Positions 17,235-26,034 of a DNA stretch of 33,808 nucleotides are shown here, piece after piece. The position numbers and the translations under genes are program-made. Location of the stretch: the NCBI GenBank assembly GCA_041306485.1, contig JBFZFD010000089.1, forward strand, positions 1 to 33,808, read 5' to 3'. Position 1 is the stretch's first letter. Each line of letters opens with the position of its first letter. This DNA is from Opitutia bacterium. Lineage in GTDB: Bacteria; Verrucomicrobiota; Verrucomicrobiia; Opitutales; UBA953. Below the pieces are notes generated by a model. That model saw nothing but the letters and a program-made list of their open reading frames with translations. It had not been told where the DNA came from and made no database searches.

Positions 17235-18017
17235 TCAGGAAGCGACGTGCAGAATGCGGCAATCTCCGAGGGGGAGTCGAGCCGCACGGACAGCTGCAGG
17301 TGGAGCGTCCGTTAATAAGGTGAAGCCATCGAGGGTTGGGGCGACGCGCACCGGGCCAGAGGATCCAATCTTGGAGCGAGCGAGACAGAGTACGACGCGC
17401 TCGCTGACTTCGAGGAGCGCGTGAGTGACGGCGATAATGTCGTCCTGAGAGTTATGCAGGCCACGATGGTCCACTCCTTCGGAGCCGACAAAGGCGAGGT
17501 CGAAGGTCCAACCCCGCAGGGCCTTGGCTGACTTGGGACCGGCCACCATCTGTTGGCGTCCGAGGTAAAGGCCGCCCGGTACATGCACCTCAGTATCAGG
17601 GAGCGCCGAGAGCGCTTGCGCGGCGACCAAGCTCGGTGTGACCACCTTAAGGCGCGGAATGGCGAGGCGCACGAGTTCCTCGGCAACCGCTAGCGGAGTC
17701 GTGCCAGCATCGATATAGACCGACATTCCCGCGCGGACGAGCTTGGCCCCAGCAACGCCGATGGCGCGCTTAGCGGCAGCCTCGGTCACGCGCCGTTCAT
17801 CGACGGAGGCGAAGCCGTGGTTGAATTCATTCAAGGCACCGCCACGGGTACGGGTGAGACGATGCTGGGCAGAGAGTTGCACGAGATCGCGCCGGACGGT
17901 GGCCTCCGAGATCCCGAAGCGTTGGGAGATATGCAGGACGGGAAGGTAACCGCGCTCGCCAATGAGCCGGGCGATAGACTCGCGGCGGGCTTCGACGATG
18001 TGCCGGGGCACCTTCAT
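17235..18017 (-). CDS. DeoR/GlpR family transcriptional regulator
   Basis: N-terminal HTH ISQRFGISEATVRRDL followed by a DeoR C-terminal sensor-like domain. 260 aa. First gene of the sugar operon string. Confidence 0.9.
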   Translation of the reverse strand: MKVPRHIVEARRESIARLIGERGYLPVLHISQRFGISEATVRRDLVQLSAQHRLTRTRGGALNEFNHGFASVDERRVTEAAAKRAIGVAGAKLVRAGMSVYIDAGTTPLAVAEELVRLAIPRLKVVTPSLVAAQALSALPDTEVHVPGGLYLGRQQMVAGPKSAKALRGWTFDLAFVGSEGVDHRGLHNSQDDIIAVTHALLEVSERVVLCLARSKIGSSGPVRVAPTLDGFTLLTDAPPAAVRAARLPLGDCRILHVAS

Positions 18018-18207
18018 GGGAGAAGCATGAGCGATTTATATGAGCGGTATCAATCATTTAGGGTTTTTCCCACCCATGGGCACCTGCATCCGATATGTCG
18101 CACAATAAACATTATGTCTAATCAATACAAGTTCGATATACTATGGCCAAAACATACATATCAAGGATGACCTTTGCCACCCTCGGGCGTTCAAGGAAGA
18201 TGGGTGG
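18018..18207. promoter_or_regulatory. AT-rich divergent promoter/operator region (deoR operon <-> amidase gene)
   Basis: 190-nt gap with about 44% GC by hand count and a roughly 60-nt core (18101-18160) near 28% GC, against a ~65% GC background. Direct repeats ATGAGCG at 18027 and 18040, TATGTC at 18094 and 18113, CGATAT at 18091 and 18134. AAGGAAG Shine-Dalgarno-like element before the GTG at 18208. Confidence 0.5.
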
Positions 18208-18993
18208 GTGTCTATTCAATGGGTCAGTCGCTCCTTGTTTGTCGCCCTGCTCCTAGGTGGTTGCGCCTCCCCTGAGCCTAAGCCGGGTTCTGGCTTGGCC
18301 TGGGTCTCAACCGAGCGTCAGGAGCGGGTCAGGTTCTTGGTCATCCATCATACCGCCTCCGACCTTCAACGCTCCCTACGGATTCTTTCCGGTCTCGATG
18401 CGGAACGCCGGGTGAGCTCCCACTACTTGGTGACAGATGAGAATCCCCCAAGGGTTATCGCCCTCGTCCCGGAGGAGCGCGTCGCCTTTCATGCCGGAGT
18501 CAGCCATTGGCGGGGACAGCATGGACTCAATCGCGCATCCATCGGCATCGAGATTGTGAATCCCGACGGCAATATCCATGACTACACGGAGGCGCAGGTA
18601 GAACTCATCGGTAGGCTTTGCTCCGACATTGTGCTGCGCCACGGTATTCGGCCGGAGAACGTGGTGGCTCACTCCGACATCGCGCCCAATCGCAAGGTCG
18701 ACCCCGGCACACGCTTTCCCTGGGAGCGTCTTTATCGTGTGTACGGGGTTGGCGCCTGGCCCGATGCCAAGGCCTTGATTGCGCCCCTGCCCCCTGCCCC
18801 ACCGCCAGTTGCTGAGTTTCGTGCCTTGCTCAAGGCCTGGGGACATCCCGTTGGTCAGGGTGCCTCTTGGTCTGAGGCGGATCAACACGCCTTGGCAGCA
18901 TTCCAGCGACGCTTTCGTCCAGCGCGCGTCGACGGTCAGCCTGATGTGGAATCTGCCGTATTGCTCCAGGCCCTGCTCTCGCAATACCGCTGA
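18208..18993 (+). CDS. N-acetylmuramoyl-L-alanine amidase, AmiD/AmpD family lipoprotein with C-terminal peptidoglycan-binding domain
   Basis: GTG start. Lipoprotein signal VALLLGGC. Amidase_2 motifs VIHHTA, SHYLV, FHAGVSHW, NRASIGIEIVN, HSDIAPNRKVDPG. The C-terminal ALAAFQRRFRP...DGQPD resembles PG_binding_1. Confidence 0.88.
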   Translation: MSIQWVSRSLFVALLLGGCASPEPKPGSGLAWVSTERQERVRFLVIHHTASDLQRSLRILSGLDAERRVSSHYLVTDENPPRVIALVPEERVAFHAGVSHWRGQHGLNRASIGIEIVNPDGNIHDYTEAQVELIGRLCSDIVLRHGIRPENVVAHSDIAPNRKVDPGTRFPWERLYRVYGVGAWPDAKALIAPLPPAPPPVAEFRALLKAWGHPVGQGASWSEADQHALAAFQRRFRPARVDGQPDVESAVLLQALLSQYR

Positions 18994-18996
18994 GGC

Positions 18997-19443
18997 ATGC
19001 CCTCGTCCATTCCCGGCCTCCGTAGTCCCTACGCCTCCACGCGTGGGCTCGTCCATTTTCCCCGACTGCTCGATAAGGCACGCCTCCATGCAAAGGGCCT
19101 GCTCCCGGAAGCCTACCATGGGGCGCTTGGACGTGGCTTCGACCGACGGATCTGCGAACTGCTCCGGGTTAGCTACTCCGAGCTGGTCTCACAGTCGGTG
19201 GCTCATCCGGAACAAGACGACCTTACCCTCCTCGCCTGGGCGGAGTCACGCGGCCGCACGTTGACTGAGGGTGACATTGAAATCTGCTCGGGTTACCTGT
19301 CTAAGCGTGGTTGGAGGGACGACGCCTCAGCCAAGCTTCAGGACAGCCTTTCCACCCTAGGTTATCCCATGGACGGCAGTATTGAGACCTTCTTTGACCT
19401 CATCGAGTATGACGAAGGGCGCCCACCGCGGGGCACGGCATGA
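18997..19443 (+). CDS. DUF5069 domain-containing protein
   Basis: 148 aa. GLVHFPRLLDKARLHAKGLLPEAY...FDRRICELL matches my memory of the DUF5069 family. It starts 3 nt after the amidase stop. Confidence 0.65.
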   Translation: MPSSIPGLRSPYASTRGLVHFPRLLDKARLHAKGLLPEAYHGALGRGFDRRICELLRVSYSELVSQSVAHPEQDDLTLLAWAESRGRTLTEGDIEICSGYLSKRGWRDDASAKLQDSLSTLGYPMDGSIETFFDLIEYDEGRPPRGTA

Positions 19444-19446
19444 CGT

Positions 19447-21015
19447 TTAGGACTGGCGAGGTCGCCGGCGGAGCAGCGCACCAAGAATATCGCGCTCGGG
19501 ATAGCCGAACTGATTGAGGATCCACGCGTAGAGTCCCGCGCCCAGCAGTGCACCGATGGCCATGGAGACGAACAACAGGGGCTTGGGTGACATCATTCCG
19601 TAGAGATGGTCGGCGAAGTACCGCTGCGCCTGGTAGGCGACGGTCGCGAGCACGAGGGAGCCGAAGAGCACCTGCGCAAGGGGACGTAGCATACCCTCAG
19701 CGAGGTAAGCTGGCTCGGCCTGGCCAAGCGAGCGACGGAGGACAACGAGTTGCCACGCCGCTGAGGCGAGGTTGGCCCAAGCGAGGCCCGCGACTCCGAG
19801 AGTCGGAGCGAGTGCAGCGGAGAGGACGGCGTTAACGGCCAAGGCATGCACCGCCGCCCGAAGGGTGAGGTTGGCGCGTCCAACAACCGTAAGCGCGCGG
19901 GAGGCGAGCGCGCTGAGGGCATAGAGAGGCATGGCCGCCGCGAAGATCACCAGCAAGTCGGCCGAGTTCTCGACATCCAGCAGGGAGAAACGTCCATACT
20001 GGAAGAGGAGCTCGAGCACAGGCTTGGCGAAGACCGCTAAGCCGAAGGCCGCTGCGATGTTGATCGCGATAATTAAGCGAGCCCCGCGGGCGTAATTTCG
20101 ACCGAGCGCTTCCTTGTCACCCTGCGCCTGTGCCAAGGCCAAGGCCGGGAAGATAACCGTCGCAATGGATACAGAAAAGAGACCGACGGGGAGCTCGGTC
20201 ACTCGGTTGGCCACATGGTAATAGGTCAGCGCAGCATCATCGAGGCCGAAGGCGACGAGACGCGAAATCAGCAGGTTCAACTGGAGTACGCCTGCCCCGA
20301 TTAATGCGGGCAGGAAGGTTGCCTTGAGTTCCCCCCAAGCACGCGCATCGGGGGTGGAGGGGCGGCTGCGCCAACCAAGCCGCCTGAGTCCCATCAAAGG
20401 AATGGCGAGCTGGATGGCACCACCAAGAACCGTGGCCGCGCAGAGAATACGCGCCTGAGTGAGGAGGTCCTGAGGAGCGAGCGTCGGACCGATCCAGGCC
20501 AGCGAGGCGATCAGGCAAAGATTCAGGCAACCCGCGGCAATCTCCGCTAGGCCGAAGCGCCCCATCAACTGAACGGAGGCCGTGACGAGTGCCGCCGCGC
20601 AGATGAGAGGTAGGTAAGGCAGGGTCCACACCGTAAGTTCCGCCGCCATCCCACCGCGGGCCTCGAGTAGCAGCGAAAGGCCGAGGGCGATACCCATGCC
20701 GAGCAAGGAAAGGCCGATCATCCATGGTAGCACGCGACCAAGCACGTGGTTGAGGAAGGCGAGAGCTGCGGGACGTCCCTCACGCTCGAGCTTACCGGCA
20801 AGCGGGGGGATAAGCGCGGTTGAGAGAGCACCCTCGCCGAGCAGGCGGCGGAAGAGATTGGGTACCTGGAAAGCCAACAGGAATGCCGAGGCAACCGCAC
20901 CTGCGCCGAAGGTCGCCGCCATCAGCTGGTCCCGGACTAGACCGAGCAGTCGTGAGACTAGGGTCCAGGAGGCCGTGGTGGCCATCGACCGGTACTGGCG
21001 GGATTGTTCGGACAT
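19447..21015 (-). CDS. murJ: lipid II flippase MurJ
   Basis: ORF 19447..21159, realistic ATG at 21015 (MSEQSRQY). VSRLLGLVRDQLMAATFGAG N-terminal signature. Polytopic membrane protein of about 520 aa. Confidence 0.9.
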   Translation of the reverse strand: MSEQSRQYRSMATTASWTLVSRLLGLVRDQLMAATFGAGAVASAFLLAFQVPNLFRRLLGEGALSTALIPPLAGKLEREGRPAALAFLNHVLGRVLPWMIGLSLLGMGIALGLSLLLEARGGMAAELTVWTLPYLPLICAAALVTASVQLMGRFGLAEIAAGCLNLCLIASLAWIGPTLAPQDLLTQARILCAATVLGGAIQLAIPLMGLRRLGWRSRPSTPDARAWGELKATFLPALIGAGVLQLNLLISRLVAFGLDDAALTYYHVANRVTELPVGLFSVSIATVIFPALALAQAQGDKEALGRNYARGARLIIAINIAAAFGLAVFAKPVLELLFQYGRFSLLDVENSADLLVIFAAAMPLYALSALASRALTVVGRANLTLRAAVHALAVNAVLSAALAPTLGVAGLAWANLASAAWQLVVLRRSLGQAEPAYLAEGMLRPLAQVLFGSLVLATVAYQAQRYFADHLYGMMSPKPLLFVSMAIGALLGAGLYAWILNQFGYPERDILGALLRRRPRQS

Positions 21016-21025
21016 CGCCCGCAGC

Positions 21026-22360
21026 TCAGGGCTGGATAGCCCCGAAGCCCTCCTCGAGCACCGCGCGGAGCGCCGGCACGAGATCGCCGCGGGGGACCTG
21101 AGCCTCGGAACGGCTGGCGAGGTCGCGCACCTTGGCGACTCCTCTGGCCACTTCCTCACCCCCGTAGACGAGAGCGAAGCGGGCTCCGGCAGTCTCCGCC
21201 GCCTGCATCAACTTGGGGAACTTGCCGTCGCGTAGATTGTACTCCACGCGCATGCCCGCGGCGCGGAGCTTAGCAACGTCACTCAAGGCGGAGGGGCGAG
21301 CGTCCGCTCCCAAGATGGCGACAAAGAATTCGGGCCCATCGGCGTAGCCTGGGGTCAGGCCACGCGCTTCGAGTAGGTTGGCCACGGTCACATCGCCCAT
21401 GCCGAAGCCCACCGCCGGGAGGGCGGGCCCACCCATGCGCTCGATCAACCCATCGTAGCGACCACCTCCGGCCAAGGCGCGCTGCTCCCCGGCCGAATCG
21501 AAGGCCTCAAAGACAAAGCCTGTGTAGTAGGCTAGGCCACGCACGATGCCCAAGTCGACCTGCACGAGGTCAGCGACCCCGAGCGCTGCAAGCAAGTCGA
21601 GGAGCTCGCGCCACTCGGCCAAACGCGCGAGCACCGACGGGTCGGTACCGGCAATCGCCTCGAGTTCGGGGAGGGAGCGGACAGCGGCGAGTCGACGGAC
21701 GGCCGCAAGGACAGTCGAGGGCTCGGCTACGCCTCCCAGTGCCTCAGCCAGCATGACAAGTAATTCGGGCTCCGTGGAGCGCTCGAGTTTGTCCACCGCG
21801 CCGAGGACGGCGGCGAGGCGTTCATCGGGCACACCGAGCGAGGCCAGCACACGGTACCAAAGAGTGCGGTCAGAGAGGCGGATGGCAAAGCTGTCACGGG
21901 GCAACCCGAACCCAAGTAGGCAATCGACGCAGAGGGCGATGATTTCGGCGTCGGCTCCTGGGCCGGCCTCGCCAAGTAAGTCCGCATTGAGCTGATGGAA
22001 GGCACGGAGACGTCCCTTCTGCTGCTTCTCGTAGCGGTAGCACTCCCCGATGGCGAACCATCGGATAGGCTTGGGTAAGGCGTTGGCTCGGGCAGCGACC
22101 ATGCGGGCGAGGGTCGGCGTCATCTCGGGACGAAGGGTGACATCACGATCGCCCTTGTCCTTGAAGTTGAAGAGCTGGCGGACGATTTCATCGCCTGACT
22201 TGGCGATGTACAACTCGAGCGGCTCGAGCACAGGCCCCTCCCATTCCCTGAATCCATGGCGGCGGCAGGAACGGCGCCAGATATCGAGGATGTGCCCAAG
22301 GCGGGCCCGCTCCTCCGGGTAGAAGGCGCGGAAACCTGGGAGGGACTCGAATTTCGACAT
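21026..22360 (-). CDS. hisS: histidine--tRNA ligase
   Basis: Class II aaRS motifs LRPEMTPTLARMV, FHQLNADLLG and GGGRYDGL. 444 aa. Confidence 0.95.
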   Translation of the reverse strand: MSKFESLPGFRAFYPEERARLGHILDIWRRSCRRHGFREWEGPVLEPLELYIAKSGDEIVRQLFNFKDKGDRDVTLRPEMTPTLARMVAARANALPKPIRWFAIGECYRYEKQQKGRLRAFHQLNADLLGEAGPGADAEIIALCVDCLLGFGLPRDSFAIRLSDRTLWYRVLASLGVPDERLAAVLGAVDKLERSTEPELLVMLAEALGGVAEPSTVLAAVRRLAAVRSLPELEAIAGTDPSVLARLAEWRELLDLLAALGVADLVQVDLGIVRGLAYYTGFVFEAFDSAGEQRALAGGGRYDGLIERMGGPALPAVGFGMGDVTVANLLEARGLTPGYADGPEFFVAILGADARPSALSDVAKLRAAGMRVEYNLRDGKFPKLMQAAETAGARFALVYGGEEVARGVAKVRDLASRSEAQVPRGDLVPALRAVLEEGFGAIQP

Positions 22361-22371
22361 GCCGTCCGTGC

Positions 22372-22743
22372 TCAGGCGGCGGGAGGGCTTTCGGTGGGCG
22401 CAGAGGGTGAATCACCACCTCCTGCCTGGAAACGTGCGATGTCGGTATCGCGCAGCGACTTCTTGAATTCCTTACCTGCCTTGAATTTGACCACGGCACG
22501 ACGCGGGATGACCACGTCGGTCTCGGGCTTGTTAGGATTGCGACCAATGCGGCTCTCGCGGACCTGCACCTCGAAGACGCCGAAGTTGCGGAGCTCGACA
22601 TCACGACCCTGCAGGAGCGCCTGCTGGATGATCTCGAGCGTGCGCTGGACGGCGTCACGGATGGCCTTCTGCGGATGGTTGGTCTCTTCGAAGATTTTCA
22701 GCACGATTTCGCGCTTGGTCAGGTTCGCCGGCTTGGGGGACAT
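22372..22743 (-). CDS. HU/IHF family DNA-binding protein
   Basis: ORF 22372..22782, ATG at 22743 (MSPKPANLTKREI). RNFGVFEV...GRNPNKPETDVVIPRRAVVKFKAGKE arm motif. Acidic/Gly-rich C-terminal tail. Confidence 0.9.
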   Translation of the reverse strand: MSPKPANLTKREIVLKIFEETNHPQKAIRDAVQRTLEIIQQALLQGRDVELRNFGVFEVQVRESRIGRNPNKPETDVVIPRRAVVKFKAGKEFKKSLRDTDIARFQAGGGDSPSAPTESPPAA

Positions 22744-22868
22744 GGTGAGAGGGATGAAGCAAGCATCCAAGGGAGTAAGCATCGATTGGCAAGTCCCCTA
22801 AATGGTTGCTAGGACGATTCTTGCGGGATGGCCTTGGGGAGCCCGTTCTTGGCTAAATAGCCTCCGTA

Positions 22869-22887
22869 CGCCCGACTTTATCGGGCG
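22869..22887 (-). terminator. hairpin just downstream of yicC (weak intrinsic terminator candidate)
   Basis: CGCCCGA-cttta-TCGGGCG, a perfect 7-bp stem 10 nt after the yicC stop. There is no clear U-tract after it, hence the low confidence. Confidence 0.3.
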
Positions 22888-22896
22888 AACCTAGCC

Positions 22897-23751
22897 TTAT
22901 TCGACGTTTTGAACCTGCTCGCGGATGCGCTCAATCTCCACCTTGGCAGCAAGCACCGCCTGGGTGGTGGCGATTTCCGAGGCCTTACTTCCGACCGTGT
23001 TCGCCTCCCGCAGGAGCTCCTGGCTGAGGAAATCCAGGGTGCGACCGGGGGCAATTCCATCGAGGAGGGCACTGCCTTGGGTAAGATGGCTCCGGAGCCG
23101 GGTGATCTCCTCCGAGATATCCGAACGGTCGGCATGGATTACCAGCTCGCGAGCGACGCGCTCATCCGAAGGGTCGAGCGAAAGAGCAAGCTCGGAGAGG
23201 CGATGCAGGAGGCGGTCGCGTTGGCGGGCTGGCCCACCCGCAGCACTACGCTCCATGGTATCGACGAGATTGGAAAGGATCCCGAGCCGGGCGGACAAGT
23301 CGGCGCGGAGCGATTCACCCTCGCGGGCGCGCATGACGTCGAGCTCATCCAATGCTTTATGGCAGCAGCTCAATGCGTCGGCGCGCATGACATCGTCAAG
23401 GGTAGGCGAAGCCTGCGTTTGCCGCTCGCTCAGGCGCAGGAGCACCTCCCAGTTGGGCTCACCGGGGATGCTGTGAACATGGGCGAGACGTCGCAACTGG
23501 GCCAGGGGCTCGGCCACATTCGGAATACTGGAGGGCTGCTCAAGGACCAGCTTTAGGGTTACCTTACCCCGCTGTAGCTTTGTGCGGATGGCTGCCGAGA
23601 TCTCCGGCTCGAGCGAAGTCCACTGGGAGGGTAAATGCAGGGAGATTGCCAGACCGCGCTGATTGACGGCTGAAACTTCGGCGACGAGCGTAGAGGTCCC
23701 TCGGGTAAGGGTGGCACGACCGAAGCCTGTCATGGAACGCAGAAGTGACAT
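22897..23751 (-). CDS. yicC: YicC family stress-induced protein (YicC N-terminal + DUF1732)
   Basis: [14 protein letters not shown]-terminus parallels E. coli YicC MIRSMTAYAR. C-terminal DISEEITRLRSHL and REANTVGSKA motifs. Confidence 0.9.
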   Translation of the reverse strand: MSLLRSMTGFGRATLTRGTSTLVAEVSAVNQRGLAISLHLPSQWTSLEPEISAAIRTKLQRGKVTLKLVLEQPSSIPNVAEPLAQLRRLAHVHSIPGEPNWEVLLRLSERQTQASPTLDDVMRADALSCCHKALDELDVMRAREGESLRADLSARLGILSNLVDTMERSAAGGPARQRDRLLHRLSELALSLDPSDERVARELVIHADRSDISEEITRLRSHLTQGSALLDGIAPGRTLDFLSQELLREANTVGSKASEIATTQAVLAAKVEIERIREQVQNVE

Positions 23752-25001
23752 CAGAGGCGGATCTCGACACCCATCGCACGGGCGGCCGACCAGACATCCT
23801 TGTCGCCGCGACCGGACAGGTTGATCAGGACAACCTTGTCGGCAGGCAGCTCAGCCGCACGCCGGAAGGCCCAGGCCAGCGCGTGGCTGGACTCAAGAGC
23901 AGGGATGATGCCCTCTAGCTTCGAGAGTAGTTGGAAGGCATCGAGTGTTTCCTCATCGGTAGCATGACCGAACTCGATGCGTTGGGCATCCTTGTAATGG
24001 GCATGCTCCGGGCCCACTGCAGCGTAGTCGAGGCCGGCCGAAACGGAATGGGTGCCCTCAATCTGACCTTCGGAGTCCTGCAGGAGGTAGGTCATGCAAC
24101 CTTGGAGCACACCAACGCGGCCCCCGGCGAAGCGCGCAGCGTGCTCGCCGCGGCGGATACCGCGTCCACCAGCCTCCACCCCGACCAGTCGTACCGCGGG
24201 CTCGTCGAGGTACTCGAAGAAGGAGCCGATGGCGTTGGAGCCCCCGCCGACGCAGGCGACAACCTCGTCAGGAAGGCGGCCCTCGGCCTCGAGCATCTGG
24301 GCCTTGGACTCAATCGAGATGATCCGATGGAAGTCGCGCACCATCATCGGATAGGGATGCGAGCCATAGGCCGTACCGAGGATGTAATGGGTGTCTTGGA
24401 CGTTGGTGACCCAGTCGCGCATGGCCTCGTTGACCGCTTCCTTGAGGGTACGCTGTCCAGCGCCGACCCCGCGGACCTCGGCCCCCATCAGCCTCATGCG
24501 GTACACGTTGAGCGCCTGTCGCTCCATATCGGCCTCACCCATGTAGATGACAGCCTTTAGGCCGAAGCGGGCGCAGACCGCTGCAGTCGCGGTGCCGTGC
24601 TGACCTGCTCCGGTCTCTGCAATGATGCGGGTCTTGCCCATCCGACGGGCGAGGAGCGCTTGGCCGATGACATTGTTAATCTTGTGTGCGCCCGTGTGGA
24701 GCATGTCCTCGCGTTTGAGGTAGACTTTGGCGCCGCCGAGATGCCGTGTGAGTGTCTCGGCGAGGTAAAGCCCAGTGGGTCGACCAGCGTAGATGCGCAG
24801 GAGCTTGGCGAAGTCTGCCTGGAAGAGAGGGTCGCGGCGCGCCTCGTCATAGGCCTTAGCAAGGTCGAGCAGGGGCGTCATCAGCGTCTCCGGGACGAAC
24901 ATGCCGCCGTAGGGGCCAAAGCGACCCCGGGCGTCGGGTAGGCGGAAGCGAGGCTCCGGACCAGGGATAAGGGAGGAAGGGGCTGTCACGGTGGTGGACA
25001 C
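23751..25001 (-). CDS. trpB: tryptophan synthase beta chain (TrpB1 type)
   Basis: [18 protein letters not shown]-lysine [21 protein letters not shown] 23751..25247, but the first ~82 codons are low-complexity. GTG at 25001 is proposed (alternatives ATG 25070 or 25094). Confidence 0.92.
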   Translation of the reverse strand: MSTTVTAPSSLIPGPEPRFRLPDARGRFGPYGGMFVPETLMTPLLDLAKAYDEARRDPLFQADFAKLLRIYAGRPTGLYLAETLTRHLGGAKVYLKREDMLHTGAHKINNVIGQALLARRMGKTRIIAETGAGQHGTATAAVCARFGLKAVIYMGEADMERQALNVYRMRLMGAEVRGVGAGQRTLKEAVNEAMRDWVTNVQDTHYILGTAYGSHPYPMMVRDFHRIISIESKAQMLEAEGRLPDEVVACVGGGSNAIGSFFEYLDEPAVRLVGVEAGGRGIRRGEHAARFAGGRVGVLQGCMTYLLQDSEGQIEGTHSVSAGLDYAAVGPEHAHYKDAQRIEFGHATDEETLDAFQLLSKLEGIIPALESSHALAWAFRRAAELPADKVVLINLSGRGDKDVWSAARAMGVEIRL

Positions 25002-25092
25002 TGGGCAAGGGGTAGCCGAGAAGGGACGGAAGGCAAGTGAGCACGCTGTCCGGGATGGACTCCCCGTCATGCCTGGCCTCAACTTATCCCCC

Positions 25093-26013
25093 ATGCGCGC
25101 CCTTTCTCTGCTGCTCCTGGCCTGCCAAGCCCTCGCGTTGGGCTCGGAGCGGACGGAATCCGAAGTGCGCGAGGGATTCACCCCGAGCCGCGCGACGCTG
25201 ACCGGGGTGGTCGAAGGTGCGACGGAGTTCCTGCCGGTATCCTCCACCGGTCACTTGATCTTAGCCAACCAACTGATGGGCGTGGAAGACGACCCGCAGG
25301 TGACGGTGGCCGGCGTGGTCGACCGCAAGGGACGTCCCATTACCCTTAAGCGAGCGGCTGACGACTACCTCGTCATCATCCAGGTAGGCGCCATCCTCGC
25401 CGTCGTCGCCGCCTTCTGGAAACGCTTTCGTCACCCGAGTCCCAGGCTCGTCCTGTCCACAATGGTCGCCTTCCTGCCCGCCGCGGTGGTCGGATTGCTG
25501 GCCCGCGATTTCATCGAGACCCATCTGTTCCATCCTGAGGTCGTGGCCATCGCACTCCTCGTCGGCGGCATCGCCATGCTCGCCTTCGACAAGGTCTGGC
25601 CAAGGTCAGAACAGCCCGGACATGACGAGCTCGAGGTCATCACCCTGCCCCAGGCTCTGCGCATCGGATGTTTTCAGTGCCTCGCCCTGGTGCCTGGCAC
25701 CAGCCGCTCGCTCGCCACGCTGCTCGGAGGCCGCGCGACCGGTCTTTCCCATGCCGCCGCTGCGGAGTTCTCCTTCCTCGTCGGCTTCGTCACCTTAACC
25801 GCGGCGTCGCTCTACAAGGCTTGGCAACTCGGTCCGGCCCTTACCCGCATCTACCCCACGGGACCCGCCCTGCTGGGTCTGGCGGTGAGCTTCGTAGTAG
25901 CCTACCTGACAGCGGGCTGGCTGGTCCGCCACTTGCAGCGCCACGGCTTTGCCCTGTTCGCCTGGTACCGCATCGCCCTCGGCGGCGGGCTGCTCATTGC
26001 TTGGTCCCTCTGA
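25093..26013 (+). CDS. uppP: undecaprenyl-diphosphate phosphatase
   Basis: [14 protein letters not shown] and [14 protein letters not shown] BacA/UppP motifs. ATG at 25093 gives a signal-peptide-like 38-aa extension. Alternative in-frame GTG at 25207. Confidence 0.9.
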   Translation: MRALSLLLLACQALALGSERTESEVREGFTPSRATLTGVVEGATEFLPVSSTGHLILANQLMGVEDDPQVTVAGVVDRKGRPITLKRAADDYLVIIQVGAILAVVAAFWKRFRHPSPRLVLSTMVAFLPAAVVGLLARDFIETHLFHPEVVAIALLVGGIAMLAFDKVWPRSEQPGHDELEVITLPQALRIGCFQCLALVPGTSRSLATLLGGRATGLSHAAAAEFSFLVGFVTLTAASLYKAWQLGPALTRIYPTGPALLGLAVSFVVAYLTAGWLVRHLQRHGFALFAWYRIALGGGLLIAWSL

Positions 26014-26034
26014 TCTTCCTAGGCGCCGGAGGCC

